Positions 1 to 10,452 are shown, counted from the first letter of the stretch. The stretch is 64,000 bases of DNA from Methylomonas sp. (GCA_050015235.1 JBEKBU010000001.1:1064-65063), one strand, 5' to 3'. Program-made: numbers and translations. Notes: generated by a model not told the origin, from the letters alone.

Positions 1-616
1 GTTCCGTTGGTTGAAGCAGGCCAAGAGTTATGTGAGCCACGACGGCGAATGTGAAGATGGGCGCCAAGTCCAGCAGCAGTAATACAAAAAGATAGGTAAT
101 CCTTAGCGCGTATCCTTCCGCGGTATGACGCGCCGAGGAAGCGAAGAAACGATCCAACACCCGCTTTGTAATAAATAAAGCCAGATAGCCGCTACCAATG
201 ACGCCTATCAGGTTTCGGATCAGGCCCAACCAAATGTTTCGCCTTTCCAGATTCGAAACCTGCGTTTCCAACCAATCGGCGAGATTAGGAAGTTCATTAA
301 CCATCGTCGCGGCTGTTACGGTGGTCTCGACAAATTCCGCGATTTTATCGGAAAGGGTCTTTAACAGATTGACGGAGGTATCTTCAAATGTCGGCTTTTC
401 CTTGACGCTATCCAATTCTTGCTGAGCCTGGAGCATAAACTTGAGCTGTCCGATCAGACGCTCTCTTGTCTGCTGGTTTTCAAGGGTATCAATGATAGAC
501 TTGATTTCAGCCGATCCGGGTTGGGTTTTCGCGGAATTGTCCTGGCTATGGGCTGCTGTTAAGAACACCCCGCACAATACCCAACTATAAAAAAGAAGAT
601 ATGGAAATCGAGTCAT
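1..616 (-). CDS. MscS-family (YbiO-like) mechanosensitive channel, N-terminal part, runs off the window edge
   Basis: Not in the ORF track. Manual translation from ATG at 616 gives MTRFPYLLFYSWVLCGVFLTAAHSQ (signal-like), then IIDTLENQQTRERLIGQLK (resembles the YbiO N-terminus), then hydrophobic TM segments; open to position 1. Confidence 0.65.
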   Translation of the reverse strand, partial: MTRFPYLLFYSWVLCGVFLTAAHSQDNSAKTQPGSAEIKSIIDTLENQQTRERLIGQLKFMLQAQQELDSVKEKPTFEDTSVNLLKTLSDKIAEFVETTVTAATMVNELPNLADWLETQVSNLERRNIWLGLIRNLIGVIGSGYLALFITKRVLDRFFASSARHTAEGYALRITYLFVLLLLDLAPIFTFAVVAHITLGLLQPTE

Positions 617-701
617 GGCCTGGGACCTTGCTAGTTGAGCAATACGGATGTTCCGCGCAACAAATTTAAATCCGGCTGGCCGTAACGGACTATCGGTTTG
701 C

Positions 702-1490
702 CTAGCGGGTTGCCGCGAAGTTACCCTTTTCATCGGAGAGGACAATATCCACCCGCCGATTCATCTGACGGCCCGCCGACGTACTATTGCTGGCTACCGG
801 ATACTCATCCCCATAACCACGGGTGCTCATACGAGCGCCGTCGACCGCCATGTCCAGCAAAGCGACTTGCACGGCCTCCGCGCGCCGTTCGGAGAGTTCC
901 TGATTGTATTCGTGCTTACCGGTGTTGTCGGTATGGCCTTCAATTAAAATATTGTATTGCGGGTGTTGATTTAGAAAATCGGCCAGCTTTTCCACGATGC
1001 GCATGCCGCCCTGCTCCAGTTGCGCCTTGCCGGTTCTAAACAATACGTCGCCCATGGTGATCATCATTCCGCGCGCGGTTTCCTTGGCTTCTAATTCCTT
1101 GAGCTGCTGCTTGGCGGCGTCGGCTTCCGCCGTTCTCTCTTGAAGACGGATTTGATCGCGTACGGAAGTGGCGTTGGCGACTTCCTGCTCAGCCGTTTTT
1201 TGTTTGGCGGTTTGCTTTGCTATTTCGACTTGCTGATTGGCTATATATGCGAGTTGCTTAACGTCGTCTTCGTCTTTACCAGCTTTTAAAGCGGCATCCG
1301 CCTTGTTCAGAGTTTCGCTGGCTTGTTTCAATTCAAGTCCGGCGAGTTTTGGGACTTCCGGCGCGGCTAATGCGTAGTTATAATTCTCATGAGCATTAGT
1401 CAGGGATGGCGGCGGCGTCAAGTGAGAGCCGCAGCCGGAAACAATCGCCGCGGCGATTAAGAAAACGGGAAAATAGTTATTGTTTTTCAT
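702..1490 (-). CDS. OmpA-family lipoprotein (DUF4398 + OmpA C-terminal domain)
   Basis: Lipobox IVSGC; OmpA motifs IEGHTDNTG, NQELSERRAEAV, NRRVDI. Confidence 0.92.
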   Translation of the reverse strand: MKNNNYFPVFLIAAAIVSGCGSHLTPPPSLTNAHENYNYALAAPEVPKLAGLELKQASETLNKADAALKAGKDEDDVKQLAYIANQQVEIAKQTAKQKTAEQEVANATSVRDQIRLQERTAEADAAKQQLKELEAKETARGMMITMGDVLFRTGKAQLEQGGMRIVEKLADFLNQHPQYNILIEGHTDNTGKHEYNQELSERRAEAVQVALLDMAVDGARMSTRGYGDEYPVASNSTSAGRQMNRRVDIVLSDEKGNFAATR

Positions 1491-1508
1491 GATAATCTCC
1501 AGAGACGA

Positions 1509-1904
1509 TTACTGGGTTTTACGATCCATTTCCTGACGCAGTACGCTGTTATCTTCCTGCAACTGAAGCGCGGCTTTTTGCGCCTTGGCTGAACGCGCCG
1601 TCACACTGGCTAATTGAGCGTCGACTTTCGCTTGTTCCGCCAGTCGCCGGGCGCTCAAATAATCTTTTTCTCCCATGGACCGCTCGGCTGCATCCATCTT
1701 TTCAATGGCTGTCTTGAGTTGCACCGGGGCATATTCAGCGCCCCCGGCGCTAGCGGCGTCGGTGACGGCCATTTTCGATTCGGCTATCTGCTCCGTCGGC
1801 GCCGGGGTGCTGGCGCAACCGGGTATAAAGACGAAAACAGCCGCGCCAAGGATACTTCTTTCGCACAAAGTTTGAATTAATCTAATTGGGTAAAAATTTT
1901 TCAT
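1509..1904 (-). CDS. DUF4398-family lipoprotein
   Basis: Lipobox IPGC; AGGAEYAPVQLKTAIEK...ARRLAEQAKVDAQLA; usual partner upstream of the OmpA gene. Confidence 0.85.
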   Translation of the reverse strand: MKNFYPIRLIQTLCERSILGAAVFVFIPGCASTPAPTEQIAESKMAVTDAASAGGAEYAPVQLKTAIEKMDAAERSMGEKDYLSARRLAEQAKVDAQLASVTARSAKAQKAALQLQEDNSVLRQEMDRKTQ

Positions 1905-2052
1905 GATTTTTCTCCTTCAACAGATATATCTGGTAAGCTTGCCGAAATTCATGGCAATTACGCTAGTAACAACTCCAGTATCGAAATTAATAAAAATCAT
2001 CCTCATCATTCTAAAAACGCCGGGAATAACTTTTACCTAGAATTCCTATTAT

Positions 2053-2376
2053 TTATTTGAAATAACCCCAAGGATATTCGGGTTTCAATATCGGGCGGTA
2101 ACCCTCGGGAACCGGAAACGGCGCCGTGACAAATTCGTAAACGCCGACTAGTTCCCTAGTGACTAACATGCCTACGCCTTTGGCTAAACCTAATGGAAAA
2201 CCAACGGCGCCCATGGCTCCGGTTTCCTGAACTATATTGCCTGGAACTTCCAAGAAACCACAGGTCATGCCGGCCAAGCCCCGGCCGAATTTGTGCGCCG
2301 CGTTATCCGCCTGAACATTTCGGACCGCCATAACCATCAGGATTGCGACCACAAACGAAATATGTCTCTTATTCAT
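2053..2376 (-). CDS. Exosortase-system-associated protein (TIGR04073-like)
   Basis: Signal peptide, KFGRGLAGMTCGFLEVPGNI and ELVGVYEFVTAPFP pattern. Confidence 0.75.
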   Translation of the reverse strand: MNKRHISFVVAILMVMAVRNVQADNAAHKFGRGLAGMTCGFLEVPGNIVQETGAMGAVGFPLGLAKGVGMLVTRELVGVYEFVTAPFPVPEGYRPILKPEYPWGYFK

Positions 2377-2729
2377 GATGTCACCCGAATAACGAACAAA
2401 TTAAAGCCTAATATTGTTTATTAATACTGCTAGACTTATTTTCAAATGCAGTACGCGTTAATTTCATAATCTCGATGAGAGATCAATTTAACGCTGATTT
2501 TTTTGCAAGTCAATAGGTACTAATACTATAGTAACGCTAACTTTTTAATTTAATTGATTGTTAATAATAAAGGCGGTTTTATTTTAAGTTTCGCTGAATG
2601 CAATAAGCCACGGCAACTTTTTCAGGTTGGTTTTGACGCTCGGCTTGTTACCGATCAAACACTACTACTGTACCGGTATTTTTAAGTGATTGATTTGCGA
2701 TGGGCGTATAATGAAATCTTTATTTTGAT

Positions 2730-2764
2730 CCCCTCACCCCAGCCCTCTCCCGGAGGGAGAGGGG
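2730..2764. repeat. REP-like intergenic element CCCTCACCCCAGCCCTCTCCCGGAGGGAGAGGG
   Basis: Stem CCCTCTCCC/GGGAGAGGG preceded by CCCTCACCCC, a common dispersed-repeat form. Confidence 0.7.
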
Positions 2765-2871
2765 TCTAAGTCATCGTTATTAATGATGTTTTTGTGACTA
2801 CTTCTAAGTTTATCCGGACCATACAGATATGTGCATAGATTAGTCTTATGATAGCGGGGCGCCTGATCACA

Positions 2872-2952
2872 TTGGTCGGCGCGTCTGGCGGCGTCTTTAG
2901 CGCGGGCGAAAAAATCGCCGACATTACCGGTTCGAATGACAAGTTTATTCAT
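2872..2952 (-). pseudogene. Truncated HVO_A0114-like (HTH) antitoxin
   Basis: MNKLVIRTGNVGDFFARAKDAARRADQ resembles this family's N-terminus; the sequence then loses similarity and no HTH follows. Confidence 0.6.
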
Positions 2953-3098
2953 TTGTTCTTTCCGCGTTCTTGGTTAACAATTTCCAGCCATTCGTTTTGA
3001 AATCTTTCCAGGGTTGCCGCATAGTTTATAAATTCGACAGCTGCTACCTGCCCCATATAATGCCTATGTTGGTAATCGTGCGCATTCCCGACAATTCT
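2949..3098 (-). pseudogene. C-terminal remnant of a TumE/DUF6516-like toxin
   Basis: Manual translation RIVGNAHDYQHRHYMGQVAAVEFINYAATLERFQNEWLEIV (cf. family GYDNAHG..HRH); in-frame stop upstream; ATGA overlap with the antitoxin remnant. Confidence 0.6.
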
Positions 3099-3382
3099 TC
3101 AAGCAACTTTTGTTTACTGAACCAGCCTGCATGCCTCATGCATTGCCATCCAGCGATTACTCCGAACCGCGCTAGCAATTGATCTTAGCATATATTAAAC
3201 CGCCTCGGTTACACCCGGTAGCTCTCCAAATAAATACGCGTCAACCACGGTGCATGCAACCTAACGGCTCTGGCGTCCCAAGCATAGACATCATGCAGGC
3301 GTTAGCAAAATTCAGCGATATGAGCCAAGCGCCAACAGTGACAATTTATGATAAAATAACTACATTTAAATATCTATTTTTC

Positions 3383-3652
3383 ATGAAAATCATGCAACTT
3401 ACCGCATCGCAACTACAATCGAAGCATAAAGCGCTGATCGATGCGCTGAAACGTGGAGAAACCGTTGAAATAACCTACCACGGTCAAACGCTAGGCGTGG
3501 TTCATCCGGCGCTTCCGGTTGTTAATTCCGAAAAACAAGAAGCCGCGATGAATGAATTTTTTGGTATGCGCCGCGATTTAGGGGCTGCCGATGTGGAAGA
3601 TGAATTACGCAATATCCGTAAAGGCCGCCGGAGTTCGTTGAGTGATCTTTGA
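3383..3652 (+). CDS. Phd/YefM-like antitoxin
   Basis: MQLTASQL...LIDALKRGETVEITYHGQTLGVVHP; overlaps the downstream PIN gene. The start is likely 3383/3392 rather than 3179. Confidence 0.8.
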   Translation: MKIMQLTASQLQSKHKALIDALKRGETVEITYHGQTLGVVHPALPVVNSEKQEAAMNEFFGMRRDLGAADVEDELRNIRKGRRSSLSDL

Positions 3653-4034
3653 CACCAACATTTTAATTTATGCCGATAGAGGGGTTAAATCCGCAAAGGA
3701 TTTGATCATGTCGACTCAGCACCGGTCTATATCCGCAGTCAGCTATATGGAATATGTACCGTTTTGCCGAAACAAAAAAGAGTTAGCGACGTTCGAAAAA
3801 ATGCTCAATATCTTGCAATTCACTATACATGAGGTCGATCATGACGTTTCTTATCATGCACGCCAATTAGTCCGGCAATTTGCTTTAAGTCACGGCATGG
3901 AGCTGGGCGACGCGTTGATCGCGGCGACCGCCATTGCTCATAATAAAACGCTGTGTTCGGGGAACATCAAACATTTTGCCCAAATTAGCGGATTAATGTT
4001 CGATCATTTTCAGCCCGATCTATCCTCGGAATAA
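3642..4034 (+). CDS. vapC: VapC-family PIN-domain toxin
   Basis: IFDTNILI, SYME, ELGDALIAATA, LCSGNIKHF PIN acidic motifs. Confidence 0.9.
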   Translation: MIFDTNILIYADRGVKSAKDLIMSTQHRSISAVSYMEYVPFCRNKKELATFEKMLNILQFTIHEVDHDVSYHARQLVRQFALSHGMELGDALIAATAIAHNKTLCSGNIKHFAQISGLMFDHFQPDLSSE

Positions 4035-4465
4035 ACTTTCAGGTTAGTTAAGACCGGATAACAAGTTAAATTGACGGTTAAGTAATCTAATTTGGTAATT
4101 CGGCTCAACCGGTCTGTTTTAAGGCTTGTTCCCGCAAAGAATAATCCTGAGCCGCGCTTGAAAACAGCGCGTAACCGTACAACGCCATTTATTCCGGCAA
4201 AAACTCAAAATTCATGACCTGATCAAAAGGCCAAGGACAAGATTTAGGGAAACTATTTAGAATTCCTGTTTCGATCTCGGCAATCCAACGGCCATCAGCC
4301 CATGCCACAACGTCTGATTCGTATCTTTGTATTGATTATGACCTCGAAATGTTTCAACAGAGTTTAGACCCTTGCAAAATAATAAGTTTATCACACCTAA
4401 AACAACCCAGTTGATACACTAAAACTGTCTCATGGCCACTGTATCTTCAAGGCGCAACCGTAACG

Positions 4466-4626
4466 GCTTGCAATCAAAAACGCTCCAGCTCGCAATCAGC
4501 GCAACGTTCAGCTCAGTTTAAATGAGAATCAAAAATGGGCCGTGCTCACATTCTTTGAGAATGAGCTTGCAATCAACGGTATCGGCTCGCAATCCATGGC
4601 GGCCAGCTCACGCTATTTGAGAATGA
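4466..4626. repeat. Phased array of two short motifs (4x GCTYGCAATC; 3x GCTCA-N7-TGAGAAT)
   Basis: Motif A at 4466, 4488, 4565, 4585; motif B at 4511, 4544, 4606. Confidence 0.7.
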
Positions 4627-4748
4627 CCGCCGGACTAAAATTGGAAGGTGCTTCCAGCCGTCGAAGCCAGTAAAGAAAACGGAGGATTTACCGCCAAATG
4701 TCGGGTTCGGATGGAAGTCCGAAATTTTCGACCTTTCACGATCTTTAT

Positions 4749-6020
4749 TCACAGCTCCTGGTTCGCCGTTTCCCGCATGCCAATAGCAAAAACGACTAGG
4801 GCGACAGCGGCAAAAGCACCCAAAGTCAAGAATGTGACTGTATAGCCGTAGTGATCGACAATCATGCCGGCAGTCAGGCCGCTCAATGATGCGCCTATCC
4901 CTTGAGCAGTGGCTACTGCGCCCTGCGCCAGATTGTAGCGTCCCGTACCTCGCATAATATCGGCAATTACCAAAGGAGTGAGGGCGCCGAAGATTCCAGC
5001 TCCTACGCCGTCCAGTACTTGGACGCCGATCAGCCAGAAGCTGTTGTCGGAGAAGGTATAGAGCACTGCCCGGATCGGCAGGACTGCGAACCCGACCAAG
5101 AATAACGGTTTGCGCCCCCAGGCGTCGGCGGTACGCCCTACCAGTAGGGCAATCGGCAGCATGATCATCTGCGCCGCGACGATACACGCCGACATCATGG
5201 CCGTGGCTTCTTTTGGATAGGCGGCTGCCAGTTTCTGTCCCACCAGGGGTAACAGCGCTGCATTGGCAAGATGGAACAGCATGACGCAGAAAGCGAATAC
5301 GACCAGCGGGCGGGATTTAAATAAAATGCTGTAGCTGGCGGCCCTCGCGGGGATGCCGTCATCATCCGGCTTTCGCTCAAGGTCTCGCGCCTGATCGTAA
5401 TCGATGGCGGCAGCCGGGATAGTCAGTACCGCAAAGCTTGCGAGCAAAGCGAAGGCGGGAACCAGAAGAAAAACAGCTCGCTGTGAAATCACATAGCCGA
5501 CCGCGCCTGCAATCAAGGCGATGGCGACATTGCCGGCATGATCGAAGGCCGAATTACGCCCCATACGCCTGGCCAGTTCCTGCCGGGTATAAAGACCCAA
5601 TGTCAAGGCCGCGACCGCCGGACCGAAGACGTCACCGGCAACAGCCATTAAGCAGTTTGCAATCGCCACCGGCCAAAAGTTGGGCAGCGCGAAGATAGCG
5701 ACAGCGCCCATGGCTAACACGGCCAACGCCAGAATGATCACACCGCGCTTGGCATGGGTCTCATCGATCATCGCACCAATTGGCGTTTGCACCGAGAGAC
5801 CGAGCAGGCCGCTGATACTGGTGACCAAGCCGACCTCGGATTGGCTCCAGTGTTGCTGGGTGACTAGAAAGACGTTCAGATAAGGGCCAAGCGCTCCTCG
5901 CACATCGGAAAGCAGGAAATTGATGGCGTCAAGCGAGCGCGGCTGGAAGCGACTACTCTTCGTCACCGGCGTCACAGCCACATCCATAGGTGTAACGGCT
6001 TGCGAAAAAAATATATACAT
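4749..6020 (-). CDS. MFS transporter
   Basis: About 12 hydrophobic segments; GAMIDETHAKR and GRTADAWGRK loop motifs. Confidence 0.9.
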   Translation of the reverse strand: MYIFFSQAVTPMDVAVTPVTKSSRFQPRSLDAINFLLSDVRGALGPYLNVFLVTQQHWSQSEVGLVTSISGLLGLSVQTPIGAMIDETHAKRGVIILALAVLAMGAVAIFALPNFWPVAIANCLMAVAGDVFGPAVAALTLGLYTRQELARRMGRNSAFDHAGNVAIALIAGAVGYVISQRAVFLLVPAFALLASFAVLTIPAAAIDYDQARDLERKPDDDGIPARAASYSILFKSRPLVVFAFCVMLFHLANAALLPLVGQKLAAAYPKEATAMMSACIVAAQMIMLPIALLVGRTADAWGRKPLFLVGFAVLPIRAVLYTFSDNSFWLIGVQVLDGVGAGIFGALTPLVIADIMRGTGRYNLAQGAVATAQGIGASLSGLTAGMIVDHYGYTVTFLTLGAFAAVALVVFAIGMRETANQEL

Positions 6021-6100
6021 AGTCTATGCATAGACTCAAATACTTTCAAGCGCTTTATCTACAGCCGAATGGCCGAGCAGCTTATGCAGGCAAGAAAGCG

Positions 6101-7030
6101 TTAAAGGTTAACGTTTCCCGCATGTCCCGTTAGGATGTCGTTTAGCGCCGTATCCAATTCAGGATAGAGAAAACTATATCCCCGTTCAAGCATGCGTTCA
6201 GGGCTGACGCGTTGGCTAGCCAGCAACAAATCGGCCATTTCGCCCATCAGCGCGCGCAGCAACCAGGCCGGTAACGGCGGCATGCGCACGGTTTTATGCA
6301 GCGCTCCGGCCAAGGCCAGCGTAAACCGCCTATTGGTGACGGGATGCGGCGCGGTGGCGTTATAAACGCCTTGCATGTCCGGCTGGCCGATCATTGCTTC
6401 CGCTATGGAAACCCAGTCTCGCCAATGTATCCACGACATCCATTGTTGGCCGCCGCCGAATACGCCGCCCAAGCCTAAACGGTAGGCGGGTAACATGCGC
6501 TTTAATAATCCGCCTTCGCCCAATACCAACCCGGTGCGGATAATGCAGACCCTAACGCCTATATCGGCCGCTTGTTGCGCTTCGGCTTCCCAATCCCGGC
6601 AAAGAAGATGGGCAAAATCTGAAACGGCGGGGCTTTGCTCGGTCAGGAGTTGCTCGCCTTGATCGCCATAATAACCAATGGCGGAGCCGCTAATCAACAG
6701 CGCCGGCTTTTGCGCGGAATTTCGCAGCCAATCGACTAACCCCCGGGTAAGTTCGATGCGGCTATTCCTTAATATATTTTTACGTTTCGCAGTCCAGAGA
6801 CTATCGAATATGCCGGCGCCGGCCAGATTGACGATGGCGGAAAATTCGCCCGCGCCGGGTAATTGCTCCAGCCGGGTATAGGCGGAAACCTTAGCGCCGA
6901 ATTTGCGCCTGACGGTTTGTTCCGATCGGCTGAAAACAGAAACCGGCCACTGCTTGCTAAGCAAGGAACTTATTAATTGACCGCCTAAAAAACCGGTTCC
7001 TCCGGTGACTAATATCGGTTTTTTATCCAT
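6101..7030 (-). CDS. TIGR01777-family NAD-dependent epimerase/oxidoreductase (YfcH-like)
   Basis: ILVTGGTGFLG, VNLAGAGI, SGSAIGYYG, QWMSWIH, DUF1731-like tail. Confidence 0.92.
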   Translation of the reverse strand: MDKKPILVTGGTGFLGGQLISSLLSKQWPVSVFSRSEQTVRRKFGAKVSAYTRLEQLPGAGEFSAIVNLAGAGIFDSLWTAKRKNILRNSRIELTRGLVDWLRNSAQKPALLISGSAIGYYGDQGEQLLTEQSPAVSDFAHLLCRDWEAEAQQAADIGVRVCIIRTGLVLGEGGLLKRMLPAYRLGLGGVFGGGQQWMSWIHWRDWVSIAEAMIGQPDMQGVYNATAPHPVTNRRFTLALAGALHKTVRMPPLPAWLLRALMGEMADLLLASQRVSPERMLERGYSFLYPELDTALNDILTGHAGNVNL

Positions 7031-7302
7031 GTTAGCCTCCCCTTTCCGAGTTGAGCGCCGCTTAAATCCGCCGCTAATAAGTTGACATCATCCGTTTCGA
7101 AAAATTCAACCGGGCGGCTGGCCGTATCAAGATGAGCGCAAGCGAACCTTTGATAATTTATGGAAATATGCCATAGTTATTGTGTAACGCATGGCGGTCA
7201 AAATCCCGGGGCAATATTAAGCGTTATCCGATTAGGGCCTGGATGGCGGTAGCGTCAAAAACTAACTTAGACAAAGAACGTGGTGAGTGTTTTCGTAAAA
7301 TT

Positions 7303-9306
7303 ATGGATAGAATGTTAGCTTGCGTAGACGATTTTAAGTCTTTATTGGAGCATATGCTCAATGGCGTCGCCTACTGCAAAATCCTTTACGAGCATGAGCG
7401 GCCGGCCGATTTTATTTATCTATACGTTAACCCCGCCTTTGAGCAATTGACTGGCTTGAAAAATATTCAGGGAAAACGCGCTTCCGAAGTTATTCCGAAT
7501 ATCCAAAAACTCGACGCGGCGATAATGGAAATATACGGGCGCGTGGCCTTGGGCGGCGCCCCGGAAAAGTTCGAGATGTATCTCGATTCTTTAAAAATGT
7601 GGTTTACCGTTTCGGCGTACAGCACTAAACACGAGCATTTTGTGGCTGTGTTCGATGTCATTAGCGAACGAAAACAAGTAGAAGCGGAAATACGCGCGCG
7701 TGACGAAAAATTACAAGCGTTGTTCGAAATGTCGCCGCTGGGAATCGCCAGAAATGCGATGGATGGCCGCTTCATGGAAGCTAATCCGGCGTTCCTCGAC
7801 ATGATAGGCTATTCCACGGAAGAATTTAGCAAATTAAGTTATTGGGATCTGACGCCAAAAGAGTATGCCGGTCAAGAAGCGGAACAGCTGAAATCGCTTA
7901 CGGATTATGGCCGCTACGGCCCTTATGTAAAAGAGTATTTTCACCGCGACGGCCATCGGATAAACATTAAGCTTAACGGCGTTCTGATTACGAGTGGCGA
8001 TGGCGAAAAATACATCTGGTCTTTTGTAGAGGATGTCACGCAAAAAACGCGCATAGAGCACGAACTGGATTCGTATCGCGACCACCTGGAAGAGCGCGTT
8101 GCCGCCCAGACCGGGCATCTGCGCCAGGCTAAAGAGGCGGCGGAAGCGGCTAATCAGGCCAAAAGCGCCTTTCTAGCGAATATGAGCCACGAAATCCGAA
8201 CGCCTATGAATGGGATATTGGGCATGGCCGAGGTGATGAGGCAAGATACGATTAGCGCCGGTCAAGCCAGGCAACTGGATAAAATTGCCGCTTCGGGCAA
8301 ATATTTGCTCTGCTTAATCAACGATATTCTCGATCTGTCTAAAATCGAATCCGATAAACTGCAACTGGAAGATGAAAACTTTTCACTCGACGAGATGCTC
8401 GGATTGGTAACGCAAATGACTGGAGACGCCATCGCCGCCAAGGGCTTGGAATTCCATCGCGAGTTTTTGGCCGCATCGCTATGGTTTCGAGGCGACCGTA
8501 CCCGGTTATTACAAATCCTGATGAATTTTTTAGGCAACGCCATCAAGTTCACCGAGAAAGGAAGCATTGACTTGCGCGTATGCATTCTTCAAGAAACCGC
8601 GGACGATTGCCGGCTACAATTCGAGGTTGCCGACACCGGCATCGGTATCGAGCCGGAACAACAGCAGCGAATTTTTAATTTCTTCGAACAGGGGGATAAC
8701 TCGACTACCCGGAAATATGGCGGCGCCGGCTTGGGTTTGGCCATCAACAAGCGGATGGCGGAATTAATGGGCGGAGAAGTGGGGGTAAAAAGCGCTTTGG
8801 GTTTGGGCAGCACTTTTTGGCTATCGGTAAAGCTTAAAAAAGGCAAGCCTTCGGGGTTATCCGATTGCACGCCAGCCAAGGAAACGCCCAAGGACATTTT
8901 GTTGCGCGATTACGCGGGTAAGCGGGTGCTATTAGCCGAGGACGAAATTATCAATCAGGAAATAGCACGGGCTCTTTTAGAGGATGCGGGCCTTGATGCC
9001 GATGCGGCCGGAAACGGAGCGGAGGCGGTGCGGATGGCGGAAAATAACGAATACGATATCATTTTAATGGACATGCAAATGCCGGAAATGAACGGCGTTG
9101 AGGCCACGCGCGCGATTCGTGATACGCCAGGCGGAGCGGGTATTCCAATAATCGCCATGACCGCCAATATTTTTGAGCAGGATAGAAACAGCTGTATAGA
9201 AGCGGGTATGAACGACTTTCTGACCAAACCGGTTAATCTCAACGTGTTTTACGCGACTTTGCTCAAGTGGTTGTCGAAAAATAAATCCCATGGCCAGTAT
9301 CGATGA
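7303..9306 (+). CDS. PAS-PAS hybrid sensor histidine kinase with receiver domain
   Basis: H-box MSHEIRTPMNG, N-box NFLGNAIKFT, DTGIG, GGAGLGL, REC ILMDMQMPEMNG. Start taken at ATG 7303 (ORF open from 7180). Confidence 0.92.
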   Translation: MDRMLACVDDFKSLLEHMLNGVAYCKILYEHERPADFIYLYVNPAFEQLTGLKNIQGKRASEVIPNIQKLDAAIMEIYGRVALGGAPEKFEMYLDSLKMWFTVSAYSTKHEHFVAVFDVISERKQVEAEIRARDEKLQALFEMSPLGIARNAMDGRFMEANPAFLDMIGYSTEEFSKLSYWDLTPKEYAGQEAEQLKSLTDYGRYGPYVKEYFHRDGHRINIKLNGVLITSGDGEKYIWSFVEDVTQKTRIEHELDSYRDHLEERVAAQTGHLRQAKEAAEAANQAKSAFLANMSHEIRTPMNGILGMAEVMRQDTISAGQARQLDKIAASGKYLLCLINDILDLSKIESDKLQLEDENFSLDEMLGLVTQMTGDAIAAKGLEFHREFLAASLWFRGDRTRLLQILMNFLGNAIKFTEKGSIDLRVCILQETADDCRLQFEVADTGIGIEPEQQQRIFNFFEQGDNSTTRKYGGAGLGLAINKRMAELMGGEVGVKSALGLGSTFWLSVKLKKGKPSGLSDCTPAKETPKDILLRDYAGKRVLLAEDEIINQEIARALLEDAGLDADAAGNGAEAVRMAENNEYDIILMDMQMPEMNGVEATRAIRDTPGGAGIPIIAMTANIFEQDRNSCIEAGMNDFLTKPVNLNVFYATLLKWLSKNKSHGQYR

Positions 9307-9390
9307 TCTACAATTTTCAGTAGGAGTTCACCGTTATCGATGACTATCCATTCAAGAGCCATAAAAAGAAATAGACTATTAAGCAAAACA

Positions 9391-10452
9391 ATGAAACCAA
9401 CAGATCAAAGCTTGCTTGAGCAGATGCGTATTACCGAATTCGACATAGCCAGCCGGAAAGCGTTGCTTTCATTAACCGAACAAGACTTTATATTGCTGAA
9501 GGAATATAAAGCGTTTATCGAAACCAAAATAGACGTTTTGGTCGCCCGGTTTTATGAATTACAAACCGGCGTCGCCGAAATCGCTTTATTGATCGGCGAC
9601 GCGGATACGCTCAGCCGATTAAAGAGCGCGCAACGCCGCTACGTGCTCGATTTATTCAGCGGCATTTACGACCTCGAATATGTGAACAATCGGCTGCGTA
9701 TCGGCCTGGTGCACAAACGCATCGGCGTCGAGCCGAAGCTGTACCTTTCCGCCATTAACACGCTCAAGACGCTATTGACCGGGGCGCTTGCCGAGGCATT
9801 GCCCGATGAGGCCGAACGCTTGCCCCTGTACTCGGCTCTGGATAAGTTGTTTTTGTTCGATATAACATTGGTTTTCGAGACCTATATCCGTAGTCTGGTT
9901 TCCGAAATCGAAACTTCCAAGGACAAGTCGGAACGTTACGCAAGGGCATTGGAAGAAAAAGTCAAGGAACGGACTCAGGAACTCGAAACCTTAACCCGCA
10001 TTGATTCGCTGACCGGATTGCTCAATGTGCGGTTTTTGAATGAAGCCCTGACGCGTATATTACGCATCGCCCAGCGGCGATCCGAGCCGGTATCCATCGC
10101 CTATCTGGATATTAACGACTTCAAGGCCATCAATGACACGCAAGGCCACCTGCGCGGCGATGAAATTCTGCATACGATCGGCGCCGCGATCAAACGCATT
10201 TCCAGGGATGAAGACAGTTGCTTCCGCTACGGGGGGGACGAGTTTTGTTTAATACTGCCCAATTGCCGTGAAGAGCAGGCGCGGGAGATTTATATGGACC
10301 GTCTAAACGCCGAAATCAAACAGCATGCGGAAAACGTAACGATAAGCTTAGGCATTGTCCAAACCGGCCCGGTTGAATATGGCGAACCCGATGAACTTGT
10401 ACGCCTGGCCGACGAAAGAATGTACGCCGCCAAAAAGGTCTTTAAAGACTAA
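9391..10452 (+). CDS. Globin-coupled diguanylate cyclase (protoglobin + GGDEF)
   Basis: Globin region RLKSAQRRY..RLRIGLVHKRIG; RDED I-site and RYGGDEF. Confidence 0.9.
   Translation: MKPTDQSLLEQMRITEFDIASRKALLSLTEQDFILLKEYKAFIETKIDVLVARFYELQTGVAEIALLIGDADTLSRLKSAQRRYVLDLFSGIYDLEYVNNRLRIGLVHKRIGVEPKLYLSAINTLKTLLTGALAEALPDEAERLPLYSALDKLFLFDITLVFETYIRSLVSEIETSKDKSERYARALEEKVKERTQELETLTRIDSLTGLLNVRFLNEALTRILRIAQRRSEPVSIAYLDINDFKAINDTQGHLRGDEILHTIGAAIKRISRDEDSCFRYGGDEFCLILPNCREEQAREIYMDRLNAEIKQHAENVTISLGIVQTGPVEYGEPDELVRLADERMYAAKKVFKD

Noticed and set aside
4256-4345. Minus-strand peptide RGHNQYKDTNQTLWHGLMAVGLPRSKQEF as a transposase tail
   Set aside because: Too short; no recognisable family motif or terminal repeat.
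4466-4626. CRISPR array or Fur-box cluster
   Set aside because: Repeats are 10-19 bp with no constant repeat-spacer structure and no cas genes. The TGAGAAT similarity to Fur boxes is partial, and the site lies between convergent genes.
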